Counted from the first letter of the stretch, positions 21,944-34,089 are shown. The stretch is DNA of 64,000 nucleotides from an uncultured Chloroflexia bacterium (GCA_963718285.1 CAVQYU010000005.1:690552-754551), one strand, 5' to 3'. Notes: a model not told the origin generated them from the sequence alone. Made by a program: numbers and translations.

Positions 21944-24900
21944 GTGCCGATGTGGGGCCACGCTCGGCACAGCCCGGCGACCGGTCCGGTCGCTCAGAGG
22001 TCCCGCCCGCGGCCGCGTCGGCAGGCTTCGACGCATCTGCTCGGCGGGCTCAATCCGGACCAGCGCCGGGCCGTGGTCCATGGCTCGCGGTCCGCTCCTG
22101 GTTGTCGCCGGGGCCGGGACCGGCAAGACCCAGGTGATCACCCGCCGGATCGCCTGGCTGATCGCCTCGCGGGCCGCCCGGCCCTCGGAGATCCTCGGCC
22201 CTGACGTTCACCGACAAGGCGGCCGCCGAGATGCAGGTCCGGGTCGACCAGCTCGTGCCCTACGGCTACGCGGACACCACGATCGCCACGTTCCATGCGT
22301 TCGGCGACCGGCTGATCCGCGAATTCGCGCTTCGAGCTGGGGCTGCCGCCCGACGTCCGGGTCCTGTCCCGGCCCGGAGGTCGTGATCTTCCTGCGCGAG
22401 CGCCTGTTCGAGTTCGAGCTGGACGCCTATCGGCCCCTCGGCGACCCGACCCGGTTCCTGGCCGCCCTGGCCGGCCATTTCAGCCGGTGCAAGGACGAGG
22501 ACATCAGCCCGGACGACATACCTCGCCTGCGCCGACCGGCTCGGTCGGCGAAGCGGAGCGCCTGGCGGCTGCGTCAGCCGTGCGGATCCGCGCCGGGCGG
22601 CCGGCCGGCTGGCGGCCGCCACGGCTGCGGCCGACGAGCGCCCGGCGCCAGCTCGAGCTCGCTCGGGCCTACGCCCGCTACCAGGCCCTCCTGGGCGAGG
22701 CCGGCCTGATCGACTTCGGTGACCAGGTCAGCCTGGCCCTGCGCCTCCTGCGCGAGTCGCCGGCCGCCCGGCTGGAGCTCCAGCGGCGCTTCCGGTTCAT
22801 CCTGGTGGACGAGTTCCAGGACACCAATCCGGCCCAGGCGGAGCTCGTGGCGCTGCTCGCCGAGGGCCACCGGAACGTGACCGTGGTGGGCGACGACGAC
22901 CAGTCGATCTACCGCTTCCGGGGAGCCGCGATCAGCAACATCCTCGAGTTCCGGCGAGCGCTACCAGCGGGCCCGCCTGGTCGTGCTCCGGCGCAACTAC
23001 CGGTCGCGCGCCGAGATCCTCGACGCCAGCCGCCGGCTGATCCGATTCAACGACCCGGATCGGCTCGAGGTCCGGGCCGGGATCTCCAAGCAGCTCCGGC
23101 GCCGAGCGACCCGAGCCGGCCGGCGCATGCCGCCGGCCGTCCGCCACGAGTCGTTCGTCACGGCCGCCGACGAGGCCGACTGGATCGCTGCGGACATCGC
23201 GGCCCGGATCTCGGCCGGTGCCCGACCCGCGCGACCACGCCGTGCTGGTCCGGGCCAATGCCGGCGCCGAGCCGATCCTGCGCAGCCTGAACATCGCCGG
23301 CGTGCCCTGGCGCTTCAGCGGAACGTCCGGCCTGTATGCCCGGCCCGAGGTCAGGCTGCTGCTCGGCGTTCCTGCGGGCGATCGCCGACCTGTCGTCCAG
23401 CATCGACGTGTACAGCCTGGCTGCCAGCGACGTCTACGGCCTCCACGGTCCCGGACCTGACCGCGATCATGACCAGCGCCCGGCGGCGGAGCCGGAGCCT
23501 GTGGGAGATCCTCGAGGAGCTCGACCGCCAGCCGGGCCTCCTCCGCCTGACGCCCGGGCTCACGGGCGACCCTTGGCCGGCTGGTCGCCGACCTGCGCAG
23601 CTACAGCGAGCTCGCCCACGAGCGCCCGGCCGGCGAGGTCCTGTATGCCTTCCTCAAGGGTTCGGGCCTGCTGGCGCGCTACGCCTCGGGCGGCACGCCC
23701 GGTGGCGAGGAGGCGCTCCAGAACGTCGCCCGCTTCTTCGAGATCGTGCGCGGCCAGTCGGTCCTCCTGGCCGACGACCGGGCCGTGTTCGTGGCGGCCC
23801 ACCTCCAGACCTTGATCGAGGCGGGCGACGATCCGGCCACGGTCGAGCTCGACGGCGACGCCGATGCCGTCGCGGTCCTCACCGTCCACAAGGCCAAGGG
23901 CCTCGAGTTCCCGACGGTCTACCTGGCCGGGCTGGTCGATGGGCGCTTTCCGGCCACCGGGCGGCGCGAAGGGCTGCAGATCCCGGATGAGCTGATCGGC
24001 ACCGTGGCCACCCGCCGGGGATCACCACCTCCAGGAGGAGCGTCGCCTGTTCTACGTGGCGATGACCCGGGCCCGCGACGAGCTGATCCTCAGCCACGCC
24101 GTCGGACTATGGCGGCCGGCGTGCCCGGCGGATGTCGCCGTTCGTGCTCGAGGCGCTCGACCTGCCGATCGCCTCGGACGGTCCCGCGCCTGGCCCCAGC
24201 CACGACCTCGCCGCTCGAGCGCCTGACCTCGTTCGAGGCGGTCCAGACGCCGGCCAACCCCCTGCGGCCGCCCACGGACGAGCCGCTGGCGCTCAGCTTC
24301 TACCAGGTCGACGACTACCTGACCTGCCCCCAGAAGTACAAGTACGTCCACATCCTGCGGGTGCCGATCGCCCCGCACCACTCGATCATCTATGGGGCGG
24401 CCCTCCACCGGGCCGTCCAGGAGTTCCACCGGCGCCACGCCCGCGGCGAGGTGATGTCCGAGGCCGACCTGCTGGCCTCGTTCGAGGCGGCGTGGATCAA
24501 CGAGGGATTCCTCAACCGCGAGCACGAGTCGGCCCGGCTGGAGGCCGGCCGGGCAGCGTTGCGCCGCTTCCGCCTGGAACAGCTCGAGCCCGATGCCGTC
24601 ATCCCGGCCTACGTCGAGCGAGACTTCGCGTTCACCCTCAACGGCGATCGGATCCGCGGCCGCTGGGATCGGGTCGACGTCGTGCCGGGCAACCCGGCGG
24701 AAGCCCCAGGCGCACGGGCAACCGGCGCTGAGGACGGCGGCGGCCGGCTCGAGGCGGGCTTCCAGCCCGACGTCGTCGAACCGACCCTGGCCCTGCTGCC
24801 GCCCGAGATCGTGACCATCACCGACTACAAGTCGAGCGACGTCCGCGATCCCGACAAGGCCCGCCAGCGCGCCCGCGATTCGCTCCAGCTCACGATCTAC

Positions 24901-25140
24901 GCGATGGGCTGGCAGGCGATGACCGGCCGCCTCCCGGATGCCGTCCAGCTCAGCTTCCTGGAATCCGGCCTCGTTGGCCGGGCCCAGGTCGACGAGCGCC
25001 GCCTGGCCAAGGGGCGGGCCCAGATCGAGGCGGCCGCCAGCGGCATCCGGGCGCGCGACTTCGAGCCCCGGCCGGATCCGCTGGCTTGCTCCTACTGCGC
25101 CTTCCGGGAGATCTGCCCGGCCAGCGTTGCCCGGCGCTGA
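21944..25140 (+). CDS. UvrD/PcrA SF1 helicase fused to a PD-(D/E)XK nuclease with an Fe-S staple (AdnB/AddA-like), many frameshifts
   Basis: LNPDQRRAV, AGAGTGKT, LVDEFQDTN, VGDDDQSIYRFRGA, NYRS, TVHKAKGLEF, EERRLFYVA; LTCPQKY, GRWDRVD, DYKS, QLTIY, CSYCAFREIC. Confidence 0.88.
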
Positions 25141-25150
25141 CGGGAGGACG

Positions 25151-25953
25151 ATGGCCAACCTCGGTCGGGTTTCGACGATCACGTTCGACTTCGGCAACAC
25201 CCTCGTGCCGGTCGGGCGGGCCGAGCTCGCGGCGGTGGTCGAAGAGATGACCCAGGCCGTCGTCGCGGCCTGCGGCCCGTTCGACCTGGCCTCGTTCCGG
25301 GCGGCCTGGGCCGAGGAACGCGACCGGCAGTTCGCCGAGGACGTGCCCGAGGGCCGCGAGGTCGAGCTCGACCGGCGCACCGTGCGGGTGTTGGCTCGCC
25401 TGCGGGGGATGCCACTTCCGTCTGCGGACGAGCGCTGGGACGACGCGGCGGCCGCCGGCTGGTCGAGCGCCGGCGAAGTCGCCCTGGCGATCGATGCCTA
25501 CAGCCGGGCGTTCGTGGCGATCCTGCCCCGTCCGGCCGCGGATCAGATCAATGCTCGAACGGCTGGCCAGGCGAGTACGAGCTGGGTGTCCTCTCGAACT
25601 GGCCGGTGGCAAGCACGATCGATGCCTATCTCGAGGCCGCCGGCTGGGCTCAATTCTTTCGGGCCGTGGTCGTCTCCCAGCGGGTCGGCTCGATCAAGCC
25701 GAACCGGGCGATCTTCGCCGCGGCCGAGGCCGCCCTGGGGCAATCGGGTCGGGCCATCCTCCACGTCGGCGACGACTGGGCGGCCGATGTGCTCGGCGCT
25801 CGCCGGGCCGGCTGGCGGGTGGCGTATCTGCGCGGCCAGCAGGCTGGCTCGGCCTTGCCCGCCTCCGAGCCGGACGGCACGACCGTGGCGGACCTGGAGA
25901 TCGACACGCTGAGCGAGCTCGAGCCGGCCCTCGCCAGCTGGGAATCGGGCTGA
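25151..25953 (+). CDS. HAD family hydrolase (frameshifted at about 25540-25570)
   Basis: FDFGNTL, LSNW, IKPNRAIF, LHVGDDWAADVLGA; GGAGG RBS. Confidence 0.82.
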
Positions 25954-26006
25954 GCCCTTCCGGGCCGGCCCTGACGGCGCTCGGCCCGCCGCTAGACTCC
26001 CTGTCC

Positions 26007-26381
26007 ATGGAGGCGCGCGACCGGCTCATCAATATCGCCACCCTGCTTGCGGCCGGCCTGGCCTGGATCGTCGTGATCCTCATCGTGACCACCCAGGATC
26101 CGCGCGACAGCGGCCAGGTCGTCTTCTTCGGGGCGCTCTCGATCGGGGTCGCAATCGGGCTGACCACCGTCCCGTTGCTGTGGCTGGTCGTGTTCGGCCG
26201 GCATGCCCGGATCGCCTATCGGGGTGACTGGCTGCGGGCATTCCGGCGGGGGGCGTGGGTCGCGTTCGTGGTCGCCCTGTTCGTGCTCCTCAGGCTGGAG
26301 AATGCGTTCAGCCTGCCGATTGCCTTGTTCGTGCTGGTGATCGTGGGGGTGGCCGAAGCCACCCTCTCGGTCGACCGCTGA
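26007..26381 (+). CDS. Four-TM hypothetical membrane protein
   Basis: MEARDRLINIATLL..., 124 aa, hydrophobic; leaderless TAGACT box. Confidence 0.75.
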   Translation: MEARDRLINIATLLAAGLAWIVVILIVTTQDPRDSGQVVFFGALSIGVAIGLTTVPLLWLVVFGRHARIAYRGDWLRAFRRGAWVAFVVALFVLLRLENAFSLPIALFVLVIVGVAEATLSVDR

Positions 26382-26415
26382 GCCCCGACCAGCAGGTTCA
26401 GAGAGGACCCCCGCC

Positions 26416-27650
26416 ATGAGCCAACCACCGAGCGCGACGCGACCCTTGGTCGGAACGAAACCCGCCGGGCCGGGCGAATCGGCCAAGGCGCGGATCGCGG
26501 CCGCGGTCGAAGCCAGCCGGGCCGAGATCCTTGGCCTGAGCCACGACATCTTCAGCCATCCCGGAGCCGGCCTTCGAAGAGGTCCAGGCCGCGGGCTGGG
26601 TCGCGGCGTCGTTGCGGGCCCACGGCTATGCCGTCGAGCATCCCGCGGGCAGCCTGGCCACCGCCGTTCGAGGCCGCCTGCGGGGCGGCCGGAGCACGGG
26701 TGGGGACGGCCCGCGGATCGGGATCCTGGCCGAATACGACGCCCTGCCCGGCCTGGGCCACGGCTGCGGCCACAACACAATGGCCGCCTCGGGCGTTGGC
26801 GCGGCGATTGCCCTGGCCGCCATCGCGCGCCGAGCTGCCTGGCGAGATCGTCTTCCTGGGCACACCGGCCGAGGAGCGCGGCTCGGGCAAGGCGATCATG
26901 CTCGCCGACGGTCTCTTCGAGGGATTGGACGCCGTGCTCCTGTTCCACCCCTCGGACGTGACCCACCTGACCTGCGGCCTGCTGGCCAGCGAGGACGTGG
27001 AGGTCACCTTCCACGGGTTCCAGGCCCATGCTGCATCCGATCCCTGGCTGGGCCGAAACGCCCTCGACGCGATGATCCTGCTGTTCAGCTCGGTCGGCCT
27101 GTGGCGCCAGCAGCTGCGGCCCGACGCCCGTGTCCATGGCGTGATCCTGGAGGGCGGCACGGCGGCCAACATCATCCCGGACCGGACCCTGGCCTGGTTC
27201 ATGATCCGCTCCTCGGACGAGACCGAATACGAGCGCATGCGGATCCGCTTCCAGGAGCTGTGCCGGGCGGCCGCGCTGGCGGCCGAATGCCAGGTCGAGG
27301 TCGTCTTCAGCGGCCGGTCGTCAACGATGCGCAACAACCTGACCCTGGCCGGGCGCTTCGGGGCCAATCTCGCCGCCTACGGGATCGTCGCCGGTCCGCA
27401 GCCCGACAACCTGGGCAGCTCGGACATGGGCGACGTCAGCCAGGTCCTGCCCACGATCCACCCACAGGTCGCGATCTGCGAGGCCGGCGTGCCCGGCCAC
27501 TCGATCGAGTTTCGCGATGCAGCCGGACTGGCCTACGCCGACGAGGTGAGCCTGGTCGTGGCGACCGTGGTGGCCCAGACGGCCTACGAGCTGTTCACCG
27601 ATCCGGCCCTGGTCGAGGCGGCCTGGCAGGAGTTCCGCGCCGAGCCCTGA
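26416..27650 (+). CDS. M20 family amidohydrolase (AbgB/PM20D2-like), frameshifted
   Basis: AEYDALPGLGHGCGHN, GTPAEE, HAASDPWLGRNALDA, ANIIPD, GSSDMGDVS. Confidence 0.88.
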
Positions 27651-27832
27651 GCCGGCCGACCTGAGCCGGCCGCCGCCGACGGGCCTGAGCCTGGTGCTCG
27701 GGCCTGATGCTAGGATGGCCCCGGCTCGCCCCGCTGGACGCCCGATGCGAACCGGCGGCGTCCCCAGAAGACGTGTCCCGTGGCCCGCCCCGACGGGTTC
27801 CCGCGGCCGCGATCCGTCTCCCGGAGGTCCCG

Positions 27833-28900
27833 ATGGCCAAGCGCCATGACCCAGCCCCGGCCGCAGGCTTCGCGGCCGCCAACGGCTGGGATCGCGACTA
27901 CGAGGTCTTCTCGGACTTCGACCTGCCCACCTACGTCGGGCCGGCCACGTTCATGAACCTGCCCTGGATCACCGATCCCGAGACCCTGCGCAGCCGGCGG
28001 ACCGACGTGGCGATCGTGGGTGCCCCGTTCGACGATGGCGTCAGCCATCGCTCGGGCGCCCGCTTCGGTCCGCGGGCGATCCGCCAGGCCCAGTACACGT
28101 CGGGCTCGATCAACTCGCTCCAGCTGGGCGTGGAGCCGTTCGAGGTCCTCGACGTCGTCGACGCGGGCGACGCCAACATCGTGCCGGCCCTGCTCGAGCG
28201 CAGCCACGCGATGATCTATCGCAAGGTCTACGAGGTCGCCGCGACCGGCGCCATCCCGATCATCCTGGGCGGCGACCATTCGATCACCTGGCCGGCCGCG
28301 ACCGCGATCGCCGAGATCCGCCGGCCGCGCTCGATCGGGATCGTCCACTTCGATGCCCATGCCGACACCGCCGACATCGACCGGGGGGTCATGGCCGGCC
28401 ACGGCACGCCGATGCGCCGCCTGATCGAGTCCGGCGCCGTCGCCGGTCGCAACTTCGTGCAGGTCGGCCTGCGCGGCTACTGGCCGCCGGTCGAGGTCTT
28501 CGAGTGGATGAAGGAGCAGGGCCTGCGCTACCACTTCATGACCGAGATCGAGGAGCGCGGCGCCGAGGCGGTGATTGCCGACGCGATCGCCGAAGCGCTC
28601 GATGGTCCCGATGCGGTCTACCTCAGCCTGGACATCGACGTCATCGATCCGGGCATGGCCCCCGGGACTGGCACGCCAGAGCCGGGCGGGATGCTGACCC
28701 GGGAGGTCCTCCGGGCCGTCCGCCAGATCGTAGGCGCCGTCGAGCTGTGCGGCATGGACATCGTCGAGGTCTCGCCGCCCTACGACCAGGCCGAGACCAC
28801 CGCGATGGCCGCCAACCGGGCCGCCCTCGAGGCGATCAGCGCCCTGGCGGTCAAGAAGCGGGACGGGGCAACGATCCGCTGGGAGCCGGCCGCGGGATGA
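27833..28900 (+). CDS. speB: Agmatinase/ureohydrolase (arginase family)
   Basis: GARFGPRAIR, GGDHS, HFDAHAD, HGTP, SLDIDVIDPGMAPGTGTPEPGG, DIVEVSP; exact substrate uncertain. Confidence 0.85.
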   Translation: MAKRHDPAPAAGFAAANGWDRDYEVFSDFDLPTYVGPATFMNLPWITDPETLRSRRTDVAIVGAPFDDGVSHRSGARFGPRAIRQAQYTSGSINSLQLGVEPFEVLDVVDAGDANIVPALLERSHAMIYRKVYEVAATGAIPIILGGDHSITWPAATAIAEIRRPRSIGIVHFDAHADTADIDRGVMAGHGTPMRRLIESGAVAGRNFVQVGLRGYWPPVEVFEWMKEQGLRYHFMTEIEERGAEAVIADAIAEALDGPDAVYLSLDIDVIDPGMAPGTGTPEPGGMLTREVLRAVRQIVGAVELCGMDIVEVSPPYDQAETTAMAANRAALEAISALAVKKRDGATIRWEPAAG

Positions 28901-29688
28901 GCGCCGCCTCCAGCCCGAGCGACGAGGCAGCCACCGCCGCCACGGCCGCGGCGCTGGCCCGCCTGTACGACCTCGACCTGAGCCAGGACCCGGGCGACGA
29001 CATCGAGCTTTACCTGGCCCTGGCCGGGCGGACTGGCGGCCCGATCCTCGAGCTCGCGGCGGGCTCGGGCCGGATCGCCCGGCCGCTCGCGGCTGCCGGC
29101 CACCCGGTCACCGCCCTCGACCTCGACCCGGCCATGCTCGCCCGATTGGCGGGCAGCCGGACGGCCGGGATCAGCCTGGTCGAGGCCGACCTGATCACCT
29201 GGCGCCCCGCCCAGGCCTCGTTCCGGCTGGCGATCCTGGGCTTGAACTCGCTCTTCCTGCTGACGGAGCGGCACCAGCAGCGGGCTGCCTTCGCCAGCCT
29301 CGCCGCCGCCCTGGCGCCGGGTGGCCTGGCCGTGGTCGACGTGTGGCTGCCCGATGCAGCCGACCTGGCTCGCTACGACCGGCGCCTGCTGCTCGACTAC
29401 ATTCGCGTGGATCCCGAGTCGGGCCTGACCGTGACCAAGACCGTTTCGGCCGTCCACGATGCCGCGACCGCCACGGTCCTGCTCGACGTGATCTACGACG
29501 AGGGCCTGCCCGGCCAGCCCACCCGGCGCTGGATTCGACGCGACGCGCTGCGCCTGGTCAGCGCCGGCGAGCTGGTCGACTACGCCACGGCCGCCGGCCT
29601 CGAGGTCGAGATCCTGGCCGGCGACTACGGCCTGGATCCGCTCGGACCGGGCGATGAGCGGGCGATCCTGGTGGCCCGGCGTCCATAG
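28897..29688 (+). CDS. Class I SAM-dependent methyltransferase
   Basis: ILELAAGSGR motif I, ALDLDPAML, LAPGG; ATGA overlap. Confidence 0.85.
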   Translation: MSAASSPSDEAATAATAAALARLYDLDLSQDPGDDIELYLALAGRTGGPILELAAGSGRIARPLAAAGHPVTALDLDPAMLARLAGSRTAGISLVEADLITWRPAQASFRLAILGLNSLFLLTERHQQRAAFASLAAALAPGGLAVVDVWLPDAADLARYDRRLLLDYIRVDPESGLTVTKTVSAVHDAATATVLLDVIYDEGLPGQPTRRWIRRDALRLVSAGELVDYATAAGLEVEILAGDYGLDPLGPGDERAILVARRP

Positions 29689-29760
29689 CCTCGATGGCGG
29701 CCGCTTGGATGGCCCGTTCGGCGGGCTAGGCGAGCGCGATGCGCATGGTATCGTCGATCG

Positions 29761-30906
29761 ATGGCCAAGGACCAGATCCGGCTGCTGATCGTCGAGGACG
29801 TCCCGCAGGTAGCCCAATACATCCGGGGACTGCTCAATTCCCAGAGCGCGATCAAGCTCCTGGATGTCCTCACCGACGGCGCCAAGGCGGCTGGCCAGAT
29901 CGGCCAGCTGCGGCCCGATGTGGTCGTGGTGGATGCCCTCCTGCAGGGCCGGGTCAAGGGCCTCCAGCTCGTCGACCAGCTCCACGAAGCGGGCATCGGC
30001 CTGCCGATGATCGTCCTGACCGTGCCCCAGCACCCGATCGAGCCCGACCCGATCCGGGGTATTCAGGCCGTCCTGATGATGCCCTTCTCGGGCTTCGACC
30101 TGATGAACAAGGTGTCCGGCGTCCATCGCTCGTTCCAGGCCAGTGAGCAAGCTGCCAGCTCGCGCGTCCTGACCGTGTTCGCACCCAAGGGTGGCGTGGG
30201 CAAGACCACGATCGCGTTCAACCTGGCGGTCGCCGCGGCTCAGATCGGCAAGCGCACCGCCCTGATCGACGGCAGCCTCCAGTTCGGCGACCTGCGCTCC
30301 CTGCTCAAGGTGCCACCGGATGCCCCGTCGATCCTCGACCTGCCGACCGATCGGGTCCAGGAGAGCGACCTGGCCGATGTCCTGTGGCGCGATCCATCGG
30401 GCGTCGACATCCTGCTCGCCCCGCCCCGGATCGAGCAGGCCGAGATGGTCACCGTGCGCGACGTGGACAAGATCCTGTCGCTCCTGCGCCGGGTCTACGA
30501 GGTCGTCGTGATCGACACTCCGGCCGCCCTGACCGACACGACCCTGAGCTTCCTGGACGCCTGCGACACGATCATCGAGATCGTGACCTTCGACTCGACG
30601 ACGATCCACAACACCCTGGCCATGGCCGACACGTTCCGTTCGATCGGCTACCCGCCGAGCAAGGTCCGCTACCTCGTCAACCGGGCCGATTCGTCGGGCG
30701 GCCTGGATGTCAACGAGCTGGCCGCGATGATCGGCCGGGTGCCCGAGCACTACGTCGTGTCCGACGGCCGGCTGGTGATCCAGGCCAACAACGGCGGCTT
30801 GCCGTTCGTGCTGGCCGAGCCCGGCGCACAGGTCAGCCTGGACATCGCCCGGGTGCTCGAAGAGCTGCTCATGGGCGAGCCGGTCGCGGTCGGAGCGCGG
30901 CACTAG
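29761..30906 (+). CDS. Receiver-like + MinD/ParA ATPase protein (CpaE/TadZ-like, paralogue 1)
   Basis: N-terminal REC-like domain; FAPKGGVGKTT, IDGSLQFGD, VIDT, LVNR. Confidence 0.85.
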   Translation: MAKDQIRLLIVEDVPQVAQYIRGLLNSQSAIKLLDVLTDGAKAAGQIGQLRPDVVVVDALLQGRVKGLQLVDQLHEAGIGLPMIVLTVPQHPIEPDPIRGIQAVLMMPFSGFDLMNKVSGVHRSFQASEQAASSRVLTVFAPKGGVGKTTIAFNLAVAAAQIGKRTALIDGSLQFGDLRSLLKVPPDAPSILDLPTDRVQESDLADVLWRDPSGVDILLAPPRIEQAEMVTVRDVDKILSLLRRVYEVVVIDTPAALTDTTLSFLDACDTIIEIVTFDSTTIHNTLAMADTFRSIGYPPSKVRYLVNRADSSGGLDVNELAAMIGRVPEHYVVSDGRLVIQANNGGLPFVLAEPGAQVSLDIARVLEELLMGEPVAVGARH

Positions 30907-30911
30907 GCCCG

Positions 30912-31833
30912 ATGTCCGACCCGCGTCCCATCGGCGTCTTCGACTCCGGCGTCGGCGGCCTGACCGTGCTCCGCCAGATCCTGCGCCGGATGCCGGCCGA
31001 ATCGACGATCTACCTCGGCGACAACGCCCGGGCGCCGTATGGACCGCGCTCCGACGAGGAGGTCCTGCTGTTCAGCCGGCAGGCGATCGAGCGGCTGGCC
31101 GAACGCGACGTCAAGGCGATCGTGATCGCCTGCAACACTTCGACCGCAATCGCCCTGGCCGACCTGCGCCGGCGCCACGACCTGCCGATCCTGGGCGTGA
31201 TCCGGCCGGGGGCGGTGACCGCTGCCCTCTCGACCCGGACCCGCCGGGTAGGCGTGATCGCGACCTCGGCCACGGTTCGCTCGCACGCTTATTTCAACGC
31301 GATCAAGGAAGAGAATCCGGCGATCGAGGTCTTCGAGCACGCCACGCCGGCCCTCGTCCCGCTGGTCGAGGCCGGCAAGCTCCACGGGCCCCTGGTCGAG
31401 GCGATCGTGCGCGACGAGCTGGCCGGCCTGCTGGGCGAGCGCGACGCGGACGGCCTGCCGGTCGGGCCGCAGCCCGCCTCGGCGAGCATCGACACGCTCC
31501 TCCTGGGCTGCACCCACTACCCCTTGATCGAAGGCGCGATCCGGGCCGTCAGCGGTGAGCGGATCGCCATGGTCGATTCGGCCACGGCCACGGCCGGCGC
31601 GCTCGACGATTTGCTTGCGATCAACGGCCTCGAGGCGCCGGGCACGACCCGCGGGACGGCGGCCGACCCCGGTCACTTCGGCCACGATCGGCCGGACGAG
31701 GCCCTCGGCCCGGTGACCCACCGCCAGCTGACCACCGGTTCGCTCGACGCCTTCCGCGACCTGGCCGGGCCGCCTCTTTGGCGAGGGCTTCGTCGACGTC
31801 GAGGGCGTCGCCCTCGGGGTCCCGGTCGGATGA
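30912..31833 (+). CDS. murI: Glutamate racemase (C-terminal frameshift at about 31765)
   Basis: IGVFDSGVGGLTV, PYGPR, IACNTS, LLGCTHYP. Confidence 0.93.
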
Positions 31834-33024
31834 CCGGACCGCGCCGCGACGACCGGCTGTGGCAGGCCGGCTTCCTGGTGGGCTCGGCGATCGGGGCGGC
31901 GGTGACCGTCCTGGGCCGCCGGGCCGAGCTGTCCGCCGCGCAAGGGCCTGGTCGACTGGAGCCAGGCCGAACGGGTCGCCATCGGCCGCCTGCGCAAGGC
32001 GCCCGGAACGCTGGACCCAGCCGAGCTGCGCCGGTCCGAGGCGGCCTACACCGCAGCCATGGCCGTCGTCGTGCCCCGCCTGGCCGAAGCGCTCGGGACG
32101 GAGCTGCCCGGGATCGTCGACCGGGTGGGTGTCGTCGATCGGGCGGGCTGGGTGCGCGCCAACTCGGCCAGCTTCGCCGACCTGATCGGCCGGCTCGAGG
32201 GCCAGCTCCTGGACCAGGTCGTGCCCAAGGGCGGGGGCCTGGTGCCGGCCACGATGGCCATCGCCAACCGCTGGGTGACCACCCACCAGATCGGCTACCT
32301 GCTCGGCTTCATGGGTGGCCGGGTGCTCGGCCAGTACGACCTGGCCCTGCTCGCGGCCGAGACGACTCCGGGCCGGCTGCTCTTCGTGGAGGAGAACATC
32401 CGCCAGACGGCCAAGCTGCTCGACGTTCCGGTCGACCCGTTCCGGACCTGGATCGCCCTCCACGAGACGACCCATGCCTTCGAGTTCGAAGCCCATCCCT
32501 GGCTGCGGCCGTACCTGGCCGACCGGCTCGAACGCCAGCTGACCGCGTTCTCGAACGGGGCCGCGTCGCTCAGCCGGGATGGCCTCAAGCGGCTCGGCCG
32601 CTCGCTCCGGGGCGAGGGCGGCGCGGAGAACTGGATGGAACGCCTGATGGACAGCGAGCAGCGCCGGCTGTTCCGCGAGACCCAGGCCGTCATGAGCCTG
32701 CTCGAGGGCTTCAGCGACTATGTCATGGACGAATACGGCAAGGACCTGGTGCCCGGCATCGAGCAGATCAGCCAGCGCTTCCACGCCCGGCGCGACCAGA
32801 AGAAGACCGGCGTCGAGCGGGCGATGATGCGCCTGATCGGGATGGACCTGAAGATGGAGCAGTACCGCAAGGGCGAGCGCTTTGTCGCGGCGATCGCCCA
32901 GGCCGGCGGCCCGGCCGCCCTCAATCGGCTCTGGGAAGGTCCCGAGACCCTGCCGGTCCCGGGCGAGATCGAGGCGCCCGAACGCTGGCTGGCGAGGGTC
33001 ATCGGAGCGAGGCAGGACGCTTGA
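31830..33024 (+). CDS. Zinc-dependent metalloprotease (Zincin_2/DUF2342 type), frameshift at about 31935
   Basis: VLGQYD, WIALHETTHAFEF (HExxH), MSLLEG, KMEQYRKGERF, ETLP..EI..PERW. Confidence 0.85.
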
Positions 33025-34089
33025 CCCAGATCCGCCGGGTCGCCGGACCGGGTCGCGGTCCCCACGGCGTGCCCGCCGCAATCGCCCTCAGTCCCATCCT
33101 GTCGGCCCGCTACCGGGCTCGTGACCTGGAACGGATCCGGGCGGCGGCTCCTGGCTCGCGCCTGGTCACGATCTCGGTCGAGGGCCTGGCCGATGGCCCG
33201 GTCGAGGATGTCGAGGTCCTCCTGCGGGGCTTCCTGAGCGCGGACGCATTCGAGCGACTCCTGGCCCGGACCCCGCGCCTGGCCTGGGTCCACTCGGCCA
33301 CGGCCGGTGTGGAACGCGTCCTGACCCCGGGCAGCCTGGGCCGGGACCTGGTGATCACCAATGCCCGGGGCGTCTTCTCGGGGCCCGATCGCCGAGTACG
33401 TGATGCTCATGGTCCTGGCCGTCAGCCGCCGCCTGCCCCAGCTGCTCGAGCTCCAGCGCGAGCGGACCTGGCAGCCGCTCGGTGGCGCCGAGATGGCCGA
33501 CGTCACCGTCGGGATCGTCGGCCTCGGCTCGATCGGCCGGGCGGTGGCGGCGCTGGCCAGCTCGTTCGGCTGCCGGGTGATCGCCACCCGCCGGCGGACC
33601 GAGGCGGGCACCGGCCCGGCCTCGGAAGGCGAGTCGTCGGAGGGGGACGAGAGGGATACCCTGGTCCTCGATCGCGTCCTGAGCCCGGACGGCCTGCCCG
33701 AGCTCCTTGCCGAGTCGGATTTCGTGGTCCTGGCCGCGCCGCTGACGGCGGCGACCGAGAACCTGATCGATGCGGCCGCCCTCGAGTCGATGAAGCCCGG
33801 CGCCTGGTTGATCAACGTCGCCCGCGGCCGCCTCGTCGATGAGCGGGCGCTCATCCGGGCGCTGCGCGACGGCCAGCTCGGCGGAGCGGTGCTCGACACG
33901 TTCCGAGACGAGCCCCTGTCGTCGTCCTCGCCGTTCTACGACTTGGCCAACGTGATCGTCACGCCCCACACATCATGGTCGAGCGACCGCGTGCTCGATC
34001 GATCGGTCGAGCTGTTCTGCGCCAACCTGCGCCGCTACGCCGTCGGCGAGCCCCTCGTCAACGTGGTGGATCCGGCCGCCGGCTACTGA
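33021..34089 (+). CDS. D-2-hydroxyacid dehydrogenase (frameshift at about 33380)
   Basis: ITNARGVFS, GIVGLGSIG, INVARG, LDTF..EPL, VTPH. Confidence 0.87.

Noticed and set aside
13295-27650. Programmed frameshifting or mass pseudogenisation
   Set aside because: Multiple shifts per gene with no consistent slippery site, affecting core genes; sequencing error is far more parsimonious.
27720-27832. Known guanidine riboswitch upstream of the agmatinase
   Set aside because: No paired G-ACGR-C hairpins and no guanidine-I or -III consensus recognisable; kept only as an unknown-leader candidate.
30384-33842. 1152-aa ORF looking like a murI mega-fusion
   Set aside because: Chimeric read-through caused by frameshifts. 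It stitches together murI, the start of the metalloprotease and the start of the dehydrogenase, each of which has its own start and stop.
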